Shown here piece by piece: positions 18,248 through 28,053 of a stretch of DNA of 64,000 nucleotides. Position 1 is the stretch's first letter, and each line of letters starts with the position of its first letter. This DNA comes from Clostridia bacterium (GTDB taxonomy: Bacteria > Bacillota > Clostridia > Oscillospirales > CAG-272). Location of the stretch: assembly GCA_017503325.1 (NCBI GenBank), contig JAFVTI010000038.1, positions 114,428-178,427 on the forward strand, in the 5' to 3' direction. A program made the position numbers and the translations under genes. Under the pieces are notes generated by a model. That model saw only the letters and a program-made list of their open reading frames with translations. It was not told the DNA's origin and searched no databases.

Positions 18248-18886
18248 TTATTTTTCAATTCTCAGTTGCAAAATCAGACTGTTTCTGGCACAAAACGTGT
18301 CCGGGCTGACGGGTGCGCCGTCTTCAAGCAGTCCCGCAATGGTCATGTCAAACGACTGCACCAGCACGCGATAAAGGTGCTCCCGACGCGCGTCCTCTGG
18401 CATTTTTTCGGGCTCTGCATCCCAGAATGCATGACGCAAGGTGACGCAATCGGGGAAGGTGCGCGACTCATCGATATAGTCTGCAAGATACACGATCTGC
18501 TCACAGAGCGTCATGCCTTCCCTGCCCGTGGTGTGAAAGCGCACCGCCGAGATCACCTCGGAATCGGCATACTCCGCAAACTCCTCGGGGATGAGCAGCG
18601 CGGCCGTTCTCGCGTGCAGCGTCTTGGGTGCTGCCACGTCCAGCGCACTTACTTCTACGCCCTTCTCCTGCAGAAAAGCCACGTGGCGATCGGTCTTCCA
18701 CTCCTTGGTCACGTCGTGCAACAGCGCCGCGACGCGCAGCAATTGCTCCTTCTCGGGGCAATAGAGTGCCGCCAATCTTGCGGCCATTTGTTCAACGGCC
18801 AAGGTGTGCCGTGCGCGCTTTTCGGACATGTCCGCCGTGACGCGCTCGCGCAGCGTCAAAATTTCGCTTTGATTGTATTCTCTCAT
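18248..18886 (-). CDS. yqeK: HD-domain bis(5'-nucleosyl)-tetraphosphatase YqeK
   Basis: HTLAVEQMAARLA..LLHDVTKE HD motif. Lies in the conserved nadD-yqeK-rsfS context. ATGA overlap with the nadD stop. Confidence 0.8.
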   Translation of the reverse strand: MREYNQSEILTLRERVTADMSEKRARHTLAVEQMAARLAALYCPEKEQLLRVAALLHDVTKEWKTDRHVAFLQEKGVEVSALDVAAPKTLHARTAALLIPEEFAEYADSEVISAVRFHTTGREGMTLCEQIVYLADYIDESRTFPDCVTLRHAFWDAEPEKMPEDARREHLYRVLVQSFDMTIAGLLEDGAPVSPDTFCARNSLILQLRIEK

Positions 18887-19485
18887 AAATATAGTCCGTT
18901 TTCCTCTATATATGCGGCAACGCGTGCGGGCACAAGGCCTTGGATGCTCTGCCCTGCACGGATGCGCTCTCTGACCTCGGTGGAGCTGACCTCGATGGGA
19001 TCTGACACGATCCTGCGCACCACCTTGCCGTAGGTTTGATTGTATTCCGCAATCTTTTGCACGATCTCCTCGTCCAGCGCCTGATCACTCTCGCGGCGGA
19101 TATAGACGGGATAGCACAGCTCAAAGATGCGCTCGGGCGAGCGCCATGAGCCAAGCGTGAGCATCATATCCGTGCCCAGAAGCAGGAAAAGGCGGCGGTC
19201 GTCACCCGAAAGTGCCTGCAGGGTGTCCACCGTAAAGCTTTTGCCCTCCCGTCTGATCTCCATGTCGCTGACAATCACGCCCTCCACGTCGGCAAACGCA
19301 AGCTCGCACATGCGCAGCCTCTGTGCTGCCGTGACCTCGCCGTCCATTGCCTTGTGCGGCGTCACGCCCGTGGGAATGACGTACAAAACGTCCAGCCACA
19401 TCTGCTCCATAAACGCCTTGGCAGCCGCTACGTGCCCTTGGTGCACGGGGGAAAACGTGCCTCCGTAAATCCCGATACGCAGCAT
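18883..19485 (-). CDS. nadD: nicotinate-nucleotide adenylyltransferase
   Basis: MLRIGIYGGTFSPVHQGHV (the (H/T)xGH motif). Start taken at the internal ATG at 19485, directly after the yhbY stop. Confidence 0.85.
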   Translation of the reverse strand: MLRIGIYGGTFSPVHQGHVAAAKAFMEQMWLDVLYVIPTGVTPHKAMDGEVTAAQRLRMCELAFADVEGVIVSDMEIRREGKSFTVDTLQALSGDDRRLFLLLGTDMMLTLGSWRSPERIFELCYPVYIRRESDQALDEEIVQKIAEYNQTYGKVVRRIVSDPIEVSSTEVRERIRAGQSIQGLVPARVAAYIEENGLYL

Positions 19486-19487
19486 AC

Positions 19488-19781
19488 TCAGGGCAGCTCG
19501 ATGCGATTCTTCTTTTTCTCGGAGCGGCGGTACAGAATGATCTTTTTGCCGATCACACCGCAAACCTCGGCTCCCAGCTCCTCGCCAAGCGCATCTGCAA
19601 GATCGCGAGGGGTATATTCACAGTTATCCAGAACGCCCAGCTTGATCAGTTCCTTTGCTTCAAGCGCGTCCGAAAAGGTCTTGATCATATTTTCGCCAAG
19701 GCCGTTTTTGCCGATCTGCATAATGGTGGGCAGGTCGGTGGCAAGGCTGCGAAGATATGCTCTTTGCTTACTTGTAATCAT
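19488..19781 (-). CDS. yhbY: RNA-binding CRM-domain protein YhbY
   Basis: ITSKQRAYLRSLATDLPTIMQIGKNGL...ELIKLGVL. 97 aa. Confidence 0.85.
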   Translation of the reverse strand: MITSKQRAYLRSLATDLPTIMQIGKNGLGENMIKTFSDALEAKELIKLGVLDNCEYTPRDLADALGEELGAEVCGVIGKKIILYRRSEKKKNRIELP

Positions 19782-19785
19782 ATTT

Positions 19786-20391
19786 TTATTGTTCTCCGTT
19801 TTCTCGCTGCACCAGAAATTCCACCAGCAGCTGCATAGCCTTACCGCGGTGACTGATGCTGTTTTTCTCCTCTGCCGTCATCTCGGCATAGGTTTTCTCC
19901 ATGGGCGGGTAGTAGAAGAGCGGATCGTAGCCAAAGCCGCCCTCGCCCTTGTATTCGTGTGTGATCTCACCCTCGGTTCTGCCCTCAAAATAGTAGCCCT
20001 TGGAAAGATCCTCGGGGAAAACGCAGGCGATGCAGCAAACGAATGCGCCGCTTCTGTCCTGCTTGTCGGCCAGATTCTTGAGCAGCAGCTGATTGTTTGC
20101 CTCGTCGTCACCGTGCTCACCGCTGTAGCGCGCACTGTAAATGCCGGGCGCACGGTCCAGCGCGTACACCTCAAGGCCGGAATCGTCGCCCACGCCGATA
20201 TATCCGCTCTTGGCGGCTGCGTGCGCCTTGATAAAGGCATTTTCGGCAAAGGTGGTGCCGTCCTCCTCAATCTCGTCGGTCAAACCCACGTCGTCAAGAG
20301 AGAGGATTTCCACGTCCTTGACAGAGCCCGCCAGAATCTCGCGCAGCTCCTTGATCTTTTTTTTGTTGTGTGATGCAAGTACGATTTTCAT
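19786..20391 (-). CDS. rdgB: non-canonical purine NTP pyrophosphatase (RdgB/HAM1 family)
   Basis: MKIVLASHNKKKIKELREIL...FGYDPLFY...SHRGKA. Confidence 0.85.
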   Translation of the reverse strand: MKIVLASHNKKKIKELREILAGSVKDVEILSLDDVGLTDEIEEDGTTFAENAFIKAHAAAKSGYIGVGDDSGLEVYALDRAPGIYSARYSGEHGDDEANNQLLLKNLADKQDRSGAFVCCIACVFPEDLSKGYYFEGRTEGEITHEYKGEGGFGYDPLFYYPPMEKTYAEMTAEEKNSISHRGKAMQLLVEFLVQRENGEQ

Positions 20392-20404
20392 AGTTTACTA
20401 TATC

Positions 20405-21313
20405 TTACTGTTCAAAAAGTGCCTTGATAAAGTCGGCAGCCACAAATTCCTGCATGTCGTCGATCTTCTCGCCAACGCCGATAAACTTGACGGGAATGCC
20501 CAGCTCTCGCTTGATCGAGAGCACGATGCCGCCCTTGGCGGTGCCGTCCAGCTTGTTGAGCGTCAAGCCCGTGATATTGGCAGCCTTGCCGAATTCCTTG
20601 GCCTGAATGATAGCGTTCTGACCCGTGGTGGCATCCAGCACCAACAGATTTTCTCTTGCTGCACCGGGCAGCTCGCGGTCGATGACGCGATTGATCTTGG
20701 CAAGCTCGTTCATCAGATTGGTCTTGTTGTGCAGTCTGCCAGCGGTATCAATGATCAGCACGTCAGCCTGCTTTTTCTTTGCGTAGTTGATGGCGTCGAA
20801 CACCACGGCCGCGGGGTCGCTGCCCTCGTTCTGACGCACCATTTCCACACCCGCACGGTCACACCAAACCTGCAACTGGTCGATCGCTGCAGCACGGAAG
20901 GTATCCGCTGCAGCCACGACCACCTTTTTGCCCTCGGCGCGCAGGCGGTTGGAGATCTTACCGATCGAGGTAGTCTTACCCGCACCGTTGACGCCGATGA
21001 CCAGCACAACCGACGGGGTGGTGGAGAGGTTGAGCGGGCCACCCTCTCCGATCATATCTGTCAGCAGCTCCTGCAAAGAGCGCATGACGTCCTCTTTTTC
21101 CTTGATTCTGCCATCCTTGATGCGCTCGCGGAGCTCCTCGATGATCTCCTCAGTCGCACCGACGCCGACGTCTGCCTCGATCAGCAGCTCCTCCAGCTCG
21201 TCCAGCAGATCCTCGTCCACGCGGACGAAATTTGAAAGCACGTTATGGACCTTGCCGAACAGCGCGTCCTTGGTCTTTTTGAGTCCGGCCTTGAGTTTAT
21301 CCAAAAATGCCAT
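20405..21313 (-). CDS. ftsY: signal recognition particle receptor FtsY
   Basis: VIGVNGAGKTTSIGK, LIIDTAGRL, LNKLDGTAKGG. Confidence 0.9.
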   Translation of the reverse strand: MAFLDKLKAGLKKTKDALFGKVHNVLSNFVRVDEDLLDELEELLIEADVGVGATEEIIEELRERIKDGRIKEKEDVMRSLQELLTDMIGEGGPLNLSTTPSVVLVIGVNGAGKTTSIGKISNRLRAEGKKVVVAAADTFRAAAIDQLQVWCDRAGVEMVRQNEGSDPAAVVFDAINYAKKKQADVLIIDTAGRLHNKTNLMNELAKINRVIDRELPGAARENLLVLDATTGQNAIIQAKEFGKAANITGLTLNKLDGTAKGGIVLSIKRELGIPVKFIGVGEKIDDMQEFVAADFIKALFEQ

Positions 21314-24300
21314 CCCAGTTACTCTCCTTTTGTTTTTCGATATCGTTGACGTCCAGCGTCAGCACCTTGGAAATGCCGTGCTCGGGCATGGTGACGCCGT
21401 ACAGTCTGGTCGCAGCAGCCATGGTACCGCGACGGTGCGTGATCATGATGAACTGCGTGCCGTCGGTGTACTTCTTGATGTACTGCGCAAGTCTTTCTAC
21501 GTTGACCTCGTCAAGAGCCGCCTCAATCTCGTCCAGAATACAGAACGGCGTGGGGTTGACCTTGAGGATCGCAAAGAACAGCGCGACGCCGATAAAGGCC
21601 TGCTCACCGCCCGAAAGCTGCATCAGATTCTTGATGATCTTTCCGGGAGGTGCCGCCTTGATCTCAATGCCCGACTCCAGAATATTTTCGGGATCGGACA
21701 AGGACAGCTCGGCAGAGCCGCCTCCGAACAGCTCGGCAAACACTCGGCCAAAGTTCTCGTTGATCTGATTGAAGGATTCGACAAAGACCGCCTTCATCTC
21801 GACCTCCAGCTCGGCAATGATCTTGAGCGTCTCAGCTCTGGATTTTTCCAGATCCGTGATCTGCTCGTTCATTTCGTCGTATCTCTTCTTGACATCCTGA
21901 TATTTTTCCACCGCGCCAAGGTCCACATGTCCGATCGCACGCAGCTTGTTGCGGCATTCGGTCTGCAGCGCCACCATTTCGCGGCGGTTTTCGGGCGTAA
22001 TGGCGGGATAACCAAGCGCGATCGCGTCGGCTCTTGTCATCTCGTAATCATCCCAGAGCTTGCTTGAAAGCTTATCCAGCTCGTCGCGCAGATTGGCAAG
22101 CTTTGTCTCGCATCTGGTATATTCGCGGAAAATGATCTCCTTCTGGTTCATCTTCTCGCGCATGCGGTTGTTCATTTCATTGAGCTTTTTCTCAAAATCC
22201 ATGCTGTCGCTTTCAATGCCTGCGCGCTTGGAATTGAGCTCCTGCAATCTTGCCTGTCCCGCTTCGAATTTTTGTCTGTTGTCTGCCTGGAATACCGTAT
22301 AGCCCTCGATCATGTCCTCCAGCGAGATGATTCTCTCGCGGGAAGCGCGGATCTCCTCGGCGTACATATCCACGCGCGTACGGCAAACGCCCAGCAGCGT
22401 GTGCTCGGTCTCGGTATCCTTGGCGGTCTCGCTGATCTTGATGATCACGGCGGTCATGCGATCGTTGAGGTCTGCCACGTGATCCTCGAGATCCAGTCTC
22501 TGCTCGTCCTTTTTCTGACGCAGCGCGGTGATCTCCTTGACCACGTTTGCAGCGCTGCGCTCATCAGCCTGCAGCACGGCCAGGTCTTCCTCGTATCTCT
22601 CGCTCATGGCGATGATCTGCTCGTAGTCCGCACGCATTTTTTCAAGCAGCGTGTTGTTGGCGTCCATCTTGGCGTTGATCTGCTCAAGCTGCGCGCTCTC
22701 TGTGCTCATCAGCACGCCCAAAAGCTCGCGGCGATCCTCGCACGATGCCTTGTCATCGGTCGCGTCGCCAATATCCTGCTTGACGCCGTCTATGCTCTTT
22801 TGCAGCTTGTCGATCTCCTTCTGGCAAGCAGCCGCGGTCTCTTCCAATCTCTTGATCTCGGCAGCTCTGCCAAGCACACCCGTGCCCTGACGCACAGATC
22901 CGCCCGTAAAAGAACCGCCCATATTGATCTGCTGACCGTCCAGGGTGACCACGCGTACGCGATAGCGCAGCGCCTTTGCCATGGCGGTTGCATTGTCGAT
23001 GGTATCAAAGATCAGCGTTCTGCCGATCAGCGAGGATACCACGCCGCGGAATTTATCATCGCAATCAAGCAAGGTATCCGCCACGGCAATATAGCCGCGG
23101 TAGCCGGATGCATCACGCATCTCGGGCGTGGGGGTAGACGCACGCATGGAGGTCAGCGGGAAGAAGGTGGCTCTACCCGCCTCGCCCTTTTTGAGCGCAT
23201 ACATAGCTGCCTTGGCAGTCTCCTCGTCGTCCACCACGATATGCTGCAGGTTTGCACCCAGCGCGGTCTCAATGGCAGTCACGTACTTTTCGTCCACCGA
23301 CACCACCTTGGAAAGCGGGCCGTAGATCTTGCCGCAGGGTGCACCGCCGTAGGTGGTGATCTTGCCCTCGGCATAGCGGTTCATGACGTATCTGACGCTG
23401 TTTGCATATCCCTCAAAGCTCTCTTCCATGTGCTTGAAGGTCTGCACTCTCTGGCGAGCCGAATCGCGGCGCAGAATAGCTGCATTGATTTGCTCGGACA
23501 GCTCTCCGTACGTACCGTTGAGAGCCGCCAGCTTTTTATGATATTCCTCGATCTCGGCGCTTGCCTCATCGATGGCTTTCTGATAATCTGCAATGGTTTT
23601 TTGCTTGTCGGCACTCTGCTTTGCCAGCGCCTCAAGTGCGCGCTCATAGGTCTCCATGTCGGCAAGAATGTCGCTGTTGCGGTCGCTGCCGCTGTTTTTG
23701 GCGTTCTCCAAAACAGAGATGCGCACGCGGATATCGGTCGCCTCAGCCTCAGCCTCGCGGATATCGTTAAGTGCGGTGGCAATATCTGCCTCCAGCACCG
23801 CAATCTTAGCTCTGGTGGTGCGGATCTCGTCCGCAATCTCACCCTGCTCCTTTTCCAACGCTGTGCTCTGCTCGCCAAGCGCGAGAATGCGCGCGGAATG
23901 CTCCCCGCAAGCAGCCTGCTCGTCTGCCATATTCTTCTGAGAAAGCGACATGGCAGAGGTAGTTGCCTCGATCAGCTCCTTGGTATGCGCGATATTGCTC
24001 TCGGTGACGCGGAACTCGCTGTCTAACGTGTGGTTCTCCTGCGTCTGCTCACGGATCTGCGTCAGCAGCTGCTCGGATGCCATTTTGTTGGACTGGGACG
24101 CCTCAAACAGGCGGTCGTTCTGCTTTTCCATGGACTGCAGGGATTCCTCGGCATTCTGCAGATCAAACGCAGAATGCTTGAGCGCATCCTCTGCTACACC
24201 GATCTCGTTGCGGAAACGCTCGGTATCATACAGCCAAAGGCTGACGTCTGCACGCTTTTTGGAGTCCATGAGCTCGATGGCGCGCTTTGCCTTGCCCGCC

Positions 24301-24950
24301 TCCTTTTCCAAGGGACCAACCTGTGCCTGTACCTCGGAAAATACGTCCATGATACGCACCATGTTCTCCTCGGCCTTGGCAAGCTTTCTCTCTGCCTCGT
24401 TTTTCTTATGACGGTACTTGGCAATACCCGAGGCATCCTCAAAGGTACTGCGTCGCTCGTCGCTCTTACGGGATACCATTTCGGCAATACGACCCTGACC
24501 GATGATGGAATAACCGTCACGACCGATACCCGTATTCATAAACAGCTCGTAAATGTCGCGCAGTCTGACCGCGCGGCGGTTGATGAAATATTCACTCTCC
24601 CCCTGACGGAAATAACGTCTTGTGACGGTTACCTCGTCATAAGGGCAGTCCAGCTTTGCAAAATCCCCCGTGTTATCAAAGGTCACCGAGACCTCGGCAT
24701 AGCCCATGGGGCGGCGGCTGTCTGCACCGCCGAAAATGACGTCCTCCATCTTGGTACCGCGCAAGGATTTGGACGAGATCTCGCCAAGCACCCAACGCAT
24801 CGCGTCCGCGATGTTGGACTTACCGCTTCCGTTGGGGCCGACGATGACGGTCACGCCCGCCTGCTCGCCCACCATGCCGTTGTCAAACACCAGCTTGGTT
24901 CTGTCCGGGAAGGACTTGAAGCCTTGTAGTTCAATCGATTTTAAGTACAC
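21297..24950 (-). CDS. smc: chromosome segregation protein SMC
   Basis: GTG at 24950 after AAGGAGACGG. YLKSIELQGFKSF, GPNGSGKSN Walker A, long coiled coils, LSGGEQAF signature, ILDEIEAALD Walker B. Confidence 0.9.
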   Translation of the reverse strand: MYLKSIELQGFKSFPDRTKLVFDNGMVGEQAGVTVIVGPNGSGKSNIADAMRWVLGEISSKSLRGTKMEDVIFGGADSRRPMGYAEVSVTFDNTGDFAKLDCPYDEVTVTRRYFRQGESEYFINRRAVRLRDIYELFMNTGIGRDGYSIIGQGRIAEMVSRKSDERRSTFEDASGIAKYRHKKNEAERKLAKAEENMVRIMDVFSEVQAQVGPLEKEAGKAKRAIELMDSKKRADVSLWLYDTERFRNEIGVAEDALKHSAFDLQNAEESLQSMEKQNDRLFEASQSNKMASEQLLTQIREQTQENHTLDSEFRVTESNIAHTKELIEATTSAMSLSQKNMADEQAACGEHSARILALGEQSTALEKEQGEIADEIRTTRAKIAVLEADIATALNDIREAEAEATDIRVRISVLENAKNSGSDRNSDILADMETYERALEALAKQSADKQKTIADYQKAIDEASAEIEEYHKKLAALNGTYGELSEQINAAILRRDSARQRVQTFKHMEESFEGYANSVRYVMNRYAEGKITTYGGAPCGKIYGPLSKVVSVDEKYVTAIETALGANLQHIVVDDEETAKAAMYALKKGEAGRATFFPLTSMRASTPTPEMRDASGYRGYIAVADTLLDCDDKFRGVVSSLIGRTLIFDTIDNATAMAKALRYRVRVVTLDGQQINMGGSFTGGSVRQGTGVLGRAAEIKRLEETAAACQKEIDKLQKSIDGVKQDIGDATDDKASCEDRRELLGVLMSTESAQLEQINAKMDANNTLLEKMRADYEQIIAMSERYEEDLAVLQADERSAANVVKEITALRQKKDEQRLDLEDHVADLNDRMTAVIIKISETAKDTETEHTLLGVCRTRVDMYAEEIRASRERIISLEDMIEGYTVFQADNRQKFEAGQARLQELNSKRAGIESDSMDFEKKLNEMNNRMREKMNQKEIIFREYTRCETKLANLRDELDKLSSKLWDDYEMTRADAIALGYPAITPENRREMVALQTECRNKLRAIGHVDLGAVEKYQDVKKRYDEMNEQITDLEKSRAETLKIIAELEVEMKAVFVESFNQINENFGRVFAELFGGGSAELSLSDPENILESGIEIKAAPPGKIIKNLMQLSGGEQAFIGVALFFAILKVNPTPFCILDEIEAALDEVNVERLAQYIKKYTDGTQFIMITHRRGTMAAATRLYGVTMPEHGISKVLTLDVNDIEKQKESNWDGIFG

Positions 24951-25969
24951 TGTTCCGTCTCCTTTACTGATATTGTGGGAAAGGGGCAATCCGCCGCCTC
25001 AAGGCGCACGGCGTTGCCGAATTCCTCTCGGAGTCGCAAAAGATTCTGCCTGTGCTGTCCGATGGCCATCGACAGCTCGCGGGCAGGAATATATATTGTC
25101 TGCACAGGCATTTGTGCCTTATGCAGCATATCTCTGAGTTTTCTGTAATACAGCTCGCTTCGCACAAGCTCGCCCATCGCGGGATGATTCGCCCCCGCAA
25201 CGGCACAGGCGGGATCGGACAGATTGTCCGACGCGCAAAGCCCGATGCGGATCACGGGCACGCCGTGCGCCAAAAATACCTCCAGCACCACTGCGCTGCG
25301 GCTGACAGCCTCGGATTGCGTCAAAGGCACGTATGCACCGCTCTGCATCAAGGCGCAAAGCTTGGTATTTGCAAAAACCACCGTGGGGTAAATGCGCGCA
25401 GCGCGCACACCAAGCTCACAAAGATGCTTTGCAGTCTGCACCTCGCTTTGCACGGTACTGCCCGGCAGGCCGATCATCATCTGGCCTACTACGTCGTACC
25501 CCGCATCCGAAAGCAAGCGGCAGGCCTGCTCTGCACTCTTTGCGTCATGTCCGCGTCCGGATGCGACAAGCACGGCATCATCCATGCTCTGCACGCCAAG
25601 CTCAACCGTGCGCACGCTGTAGTGCGACAAGACCCGGATGATCTCTTCCGATATGTAGTCGGGTCTTGTGGACATGCGAATGCCCTGCACACGCGCCTTG
25701 CCGGCAAGCGGCTTTTGCACGTACCGCTCGGCCACGTCCAAAAGGTAGATCATCAGCTCGCGGTCGATCCCTGTAAACGAACCGCCGAAATAGGCAATCT
25801 CGGCCGTATCGTCCTCGCATGTCGTGGCAAGGGCGGCCATGATCTGCGCGTCCACGCTTTCGGGATCAAAGCTCTGCGTGCCCGAAATGCTGCGCTGATT
25901 GCAAAATACGCAGGTATGCGGACAGCCCAGGTGCGGAATGAAAATGGGGATATTCAAATGTCGGCTCAT
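24941..25969 (-). CDS. radical SAM protein (ELP3-like family, commonly found between rnc and smc in Clostridia)
   Basis: FIPHLGCPHTCVFCNQ CxxxCxxC motif. Translationally coupled at both ends. Confidence 0.75.
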   Translation of the reverse strand: MSRHLNIPIFIPHLGCPHTCVFCNQRSISGTQSFDPESVDAQIMAALATTCEDDTAEIAYFGGSFTGIDRELMIYLLDVAERYVQKPLAGKARVQGIRMSTRPDYISEEIIRVLSHYSVRTVELGVQSMDDAVLVASGRGHDAKSAEQACRLLSDAGYDVVGQMMIGLPGSTVQSEVQTAKHLCELGVRAARIYPTVVFANTKLCALMQSGAYVPLTQSEAVSRSAVVLEVFLAHGVPVIRIGLCASDNLSDPACAVAGANHPAMGELVRSELYYRKLRDMLHKAQMPVQTIYIPARELSMAIGQHRQNLLRLREEFGNAVRLEAADCPFPTISVKETEQCT

Positions 25970-26697
25970 GGCTGTACGCCAAACAGCTCCAACGCCTGAC
26001 GCGCAGCACTTTGCTCAGCGCGACGCTTGGACTGTCCTTGGCCGCGACCGATCACGTTGGAATTGAGTCGCGCCTCCACCGTAAAGGTCTTTTGGTGATC
26101 GGGTCCGCTCTCGCCAACCGTGACGTATTCAAGGAAATCGCCCTCGGTCTGCTGCACGAATTGCTGCAAAAGCGTTTTGTAATCACGGCTGCCCGTATGG
26201 CTTGCATTTGCTATTTCCCTTTGTATAAAAGGCAAAAGCAGCTCTGTCACACGCGCAATGCCCTGATTTCCCGCGTCAAGATAGATCGCAGCCAGAACGG
26301 CTTCAAACGCATCGGCCAGGATCGACTTTCGCTCTCTGCCGCGATTCTTTTCCTCGCCCACGCCCAAAAGCAGATAATCACCAAGACGGATCTCGTCGGC
26401 AAACGAGGAAAGCGCACGCTCGCAGACCAGCTCGGCACGCATGCGCGTCAGATCACCCTCCGCAAGATCGGAATAGGCCGAATACAGATATCGGCTGACC
26501 ACCAAGGAAAGCACCGAATCGCCCAAAAACTCCAGGCGTTCGTTGCAAAGCAGGTGGTGATGCTTGTCCCCTTGCTCGTTGGAATATGAGGAGTGCGTCA
26601 GCGCCTTTTGCAGATATGAGGGATTTGTAAAACGGTATCCCAGCGACTCTTCAAGCTGTGTATAGGGTCTGGGATAGCAGTTCACAGGGTTGTTCAT
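25966..26697 (-). CDS. rnc: ribonuclease III
   Basis: NERLEFLGDSVL signature plus a C-terminal dsRBD. Confidence 0.9.
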   Translation of the reverse strand: MNNPVNCYPRPYTQLEESLGYRFTNPSYLQKALTHSSYSNEQGDKHHHLLCNERLEFLGDSVLSLVVSRYLYSAYSDLAEGDLTRMRAELVCERALSSFADEIRLGDYLLLGVGEEKNRGRERKSILADAFEAVLAAIYLDAGNQGIARVTELLLPFIQREIANASHTGSRDYKTLLQQFVQQTEGDFLEYVTVGESGPDHQKTFTVEARLNSNVIGRGQGQSKRRAEQSAARQALELFGVQP

Positions 26698-26721
26698 AGG
26701 GGTCCTTTCCCTGTCACGGGA

Positions 26722-28053
26722 TCACTTGCTGATCTCGGGCAGTAATTCTTGGATGGTGGCCATGGCAGTCTCGGCGATCACCGCGTTTCTGGCTGCCTTG
26801 CCTCCCTTGACTTTCTTTTCGGGCATCTGAATAATGCCGAAATTGGCGTTCATGGGCACAAACGAGCCCACGCTGCCGTTTTGCACGTAAAGTGCCATGG
26901 CTCCCGTCATGGTGGTTCTGGGCAGGATCAGCGGCTGCATCTCTCTTGCGCGTCTTGATGCGTTGATGCCCGCGACAAGTCCGGAGGCGGCCGATTCCAC
27001 GTAACCCTCCACGCCGGTCATCTGTCCCGCAAAATATACGTTCGGACGGGACAGCATGGAATAATCTGCGCAAAGCAGACCGGGAGAATTCAGATAAGTA
27101 TTGCGGTGCATGACGCCGTAGCGCAAAAACTCCGCATTTTCAAGTCCCGGGATCAGACGGAACACGCGCCTTTGCTCCGGGAAGGTCAGATGCGTCTGGA
27201 AGCCCACCAGGTTATACATGGTGCCCTCCTTGTTTTCCTTACGCAGCTGTACCACCGCGTAAGACTCCTTGCCCACGCGCGGATCGATCAGACCCACGGG
27301 CTTGAGCGGCCCGTAGCGCAGCGTATCGTAGCCGCGGCGCGCCATGACCTCAACCGGCATGCAGCCCTCAAATACCGTCAGATCCTTCTGGGTTTCGCGG
27401 TCAAATTCCTTGAGTGCCGCCTCCTCTGCCGAGACAAGTGCCCGATAAAAGGTGTCGTATTGCTCGCGAGTCATGGGGCAATTGATATAGTCTGCGTCTC
27501 CCTTATCGTAGCGGGAGGCGAAAAACGCAACGTCCATATTGATGCTTTCCGCATCCACGATGGGCGCGGCAGCGTCGAAAAAGTGAAGTCCGCCGCATCC
27601 AAGCTGATCACGAATGTAATCGGCCATGGGGTCGCTGGTCAATGGGCCCGTGGCAATGACCGTGACACCGTCGTCGGGCAAGCGATCGCACTCGGCCTCG
27701 ATCACCTCAATATTCGGATGGTTGCGGATATGATCGGTAATAAACTCGGAAAACAGCACTCTGTCCACAGCCAGCGCAGAGCCTGCGGGCACGCGCGTGG
27801 CGTCCGCCGCCTGCATGATCAGCGAATTCATGGCACGCATTTCCTCCTTGAGCAGACCAACTGCATTGGAGGTTGCATCCGAGCGCAGCGAGTTGGAGCA
27901 GACCAGCTCGCCAAAGGTGGGAGCGTGGTGCGCGGGAGTATACTTGATCGGCTTCATTTCGTAAAGTCTGACCTTGACCCCGCGCTCAGCAGCCTGCCAT
28001 GCGGCCTCGCTGCCTGCAAGTCCCGCTCCGAGGATCGAAATATATTCTGCCAT
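26722..28053 (-). CDS. trmFO: methylenetetrahydrofolate--tRNA-(uracil-5-)-methyltransferase TrmFO
   Basis: ILGAGLAGSEAAWQ FAD motif, ..ELVCSNSLR.., FAGQMTGVEGYVESAASG. Confidence 0.9.
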   Translation of the reverse strand: MAEYISILGAGLAGSEAAWQAAERGVKVRLYEMKPIKYTPAHHAPTFGELVCSNSLRSDATSNAVGLLKEEMRAMNSLIMQAADATRVPAGSALAVDRVLFSEFITDHIRNHPNIEVIEAECDRLPDDGVTVIATGPLTSDPMADYIRDQLGCGGLHFFDAAAPIVDAESINMDVAFFASRYDKGDADYINCPMTREQYDTFYRALVSAEEAALKEFDRETQKDLTVFEGCMPVEVMARRGYDTLRYGPLKPVGLIDPRVGKESYAVVQLRKENKEGTMYNLVGFQTHLTFPEQRRVFRLIPGLENAEFLRYGVMHRNTYLNSPGLLCADYSMLSRPNVYFAGQMTGVEGYVESAASGLVAGINASRRAREMQPLILPRTTMTGAMALYVQNGSVGSFVPMNANFGIIQMPEKKVKGGKAARNAVIAETAMATIQELLPEISK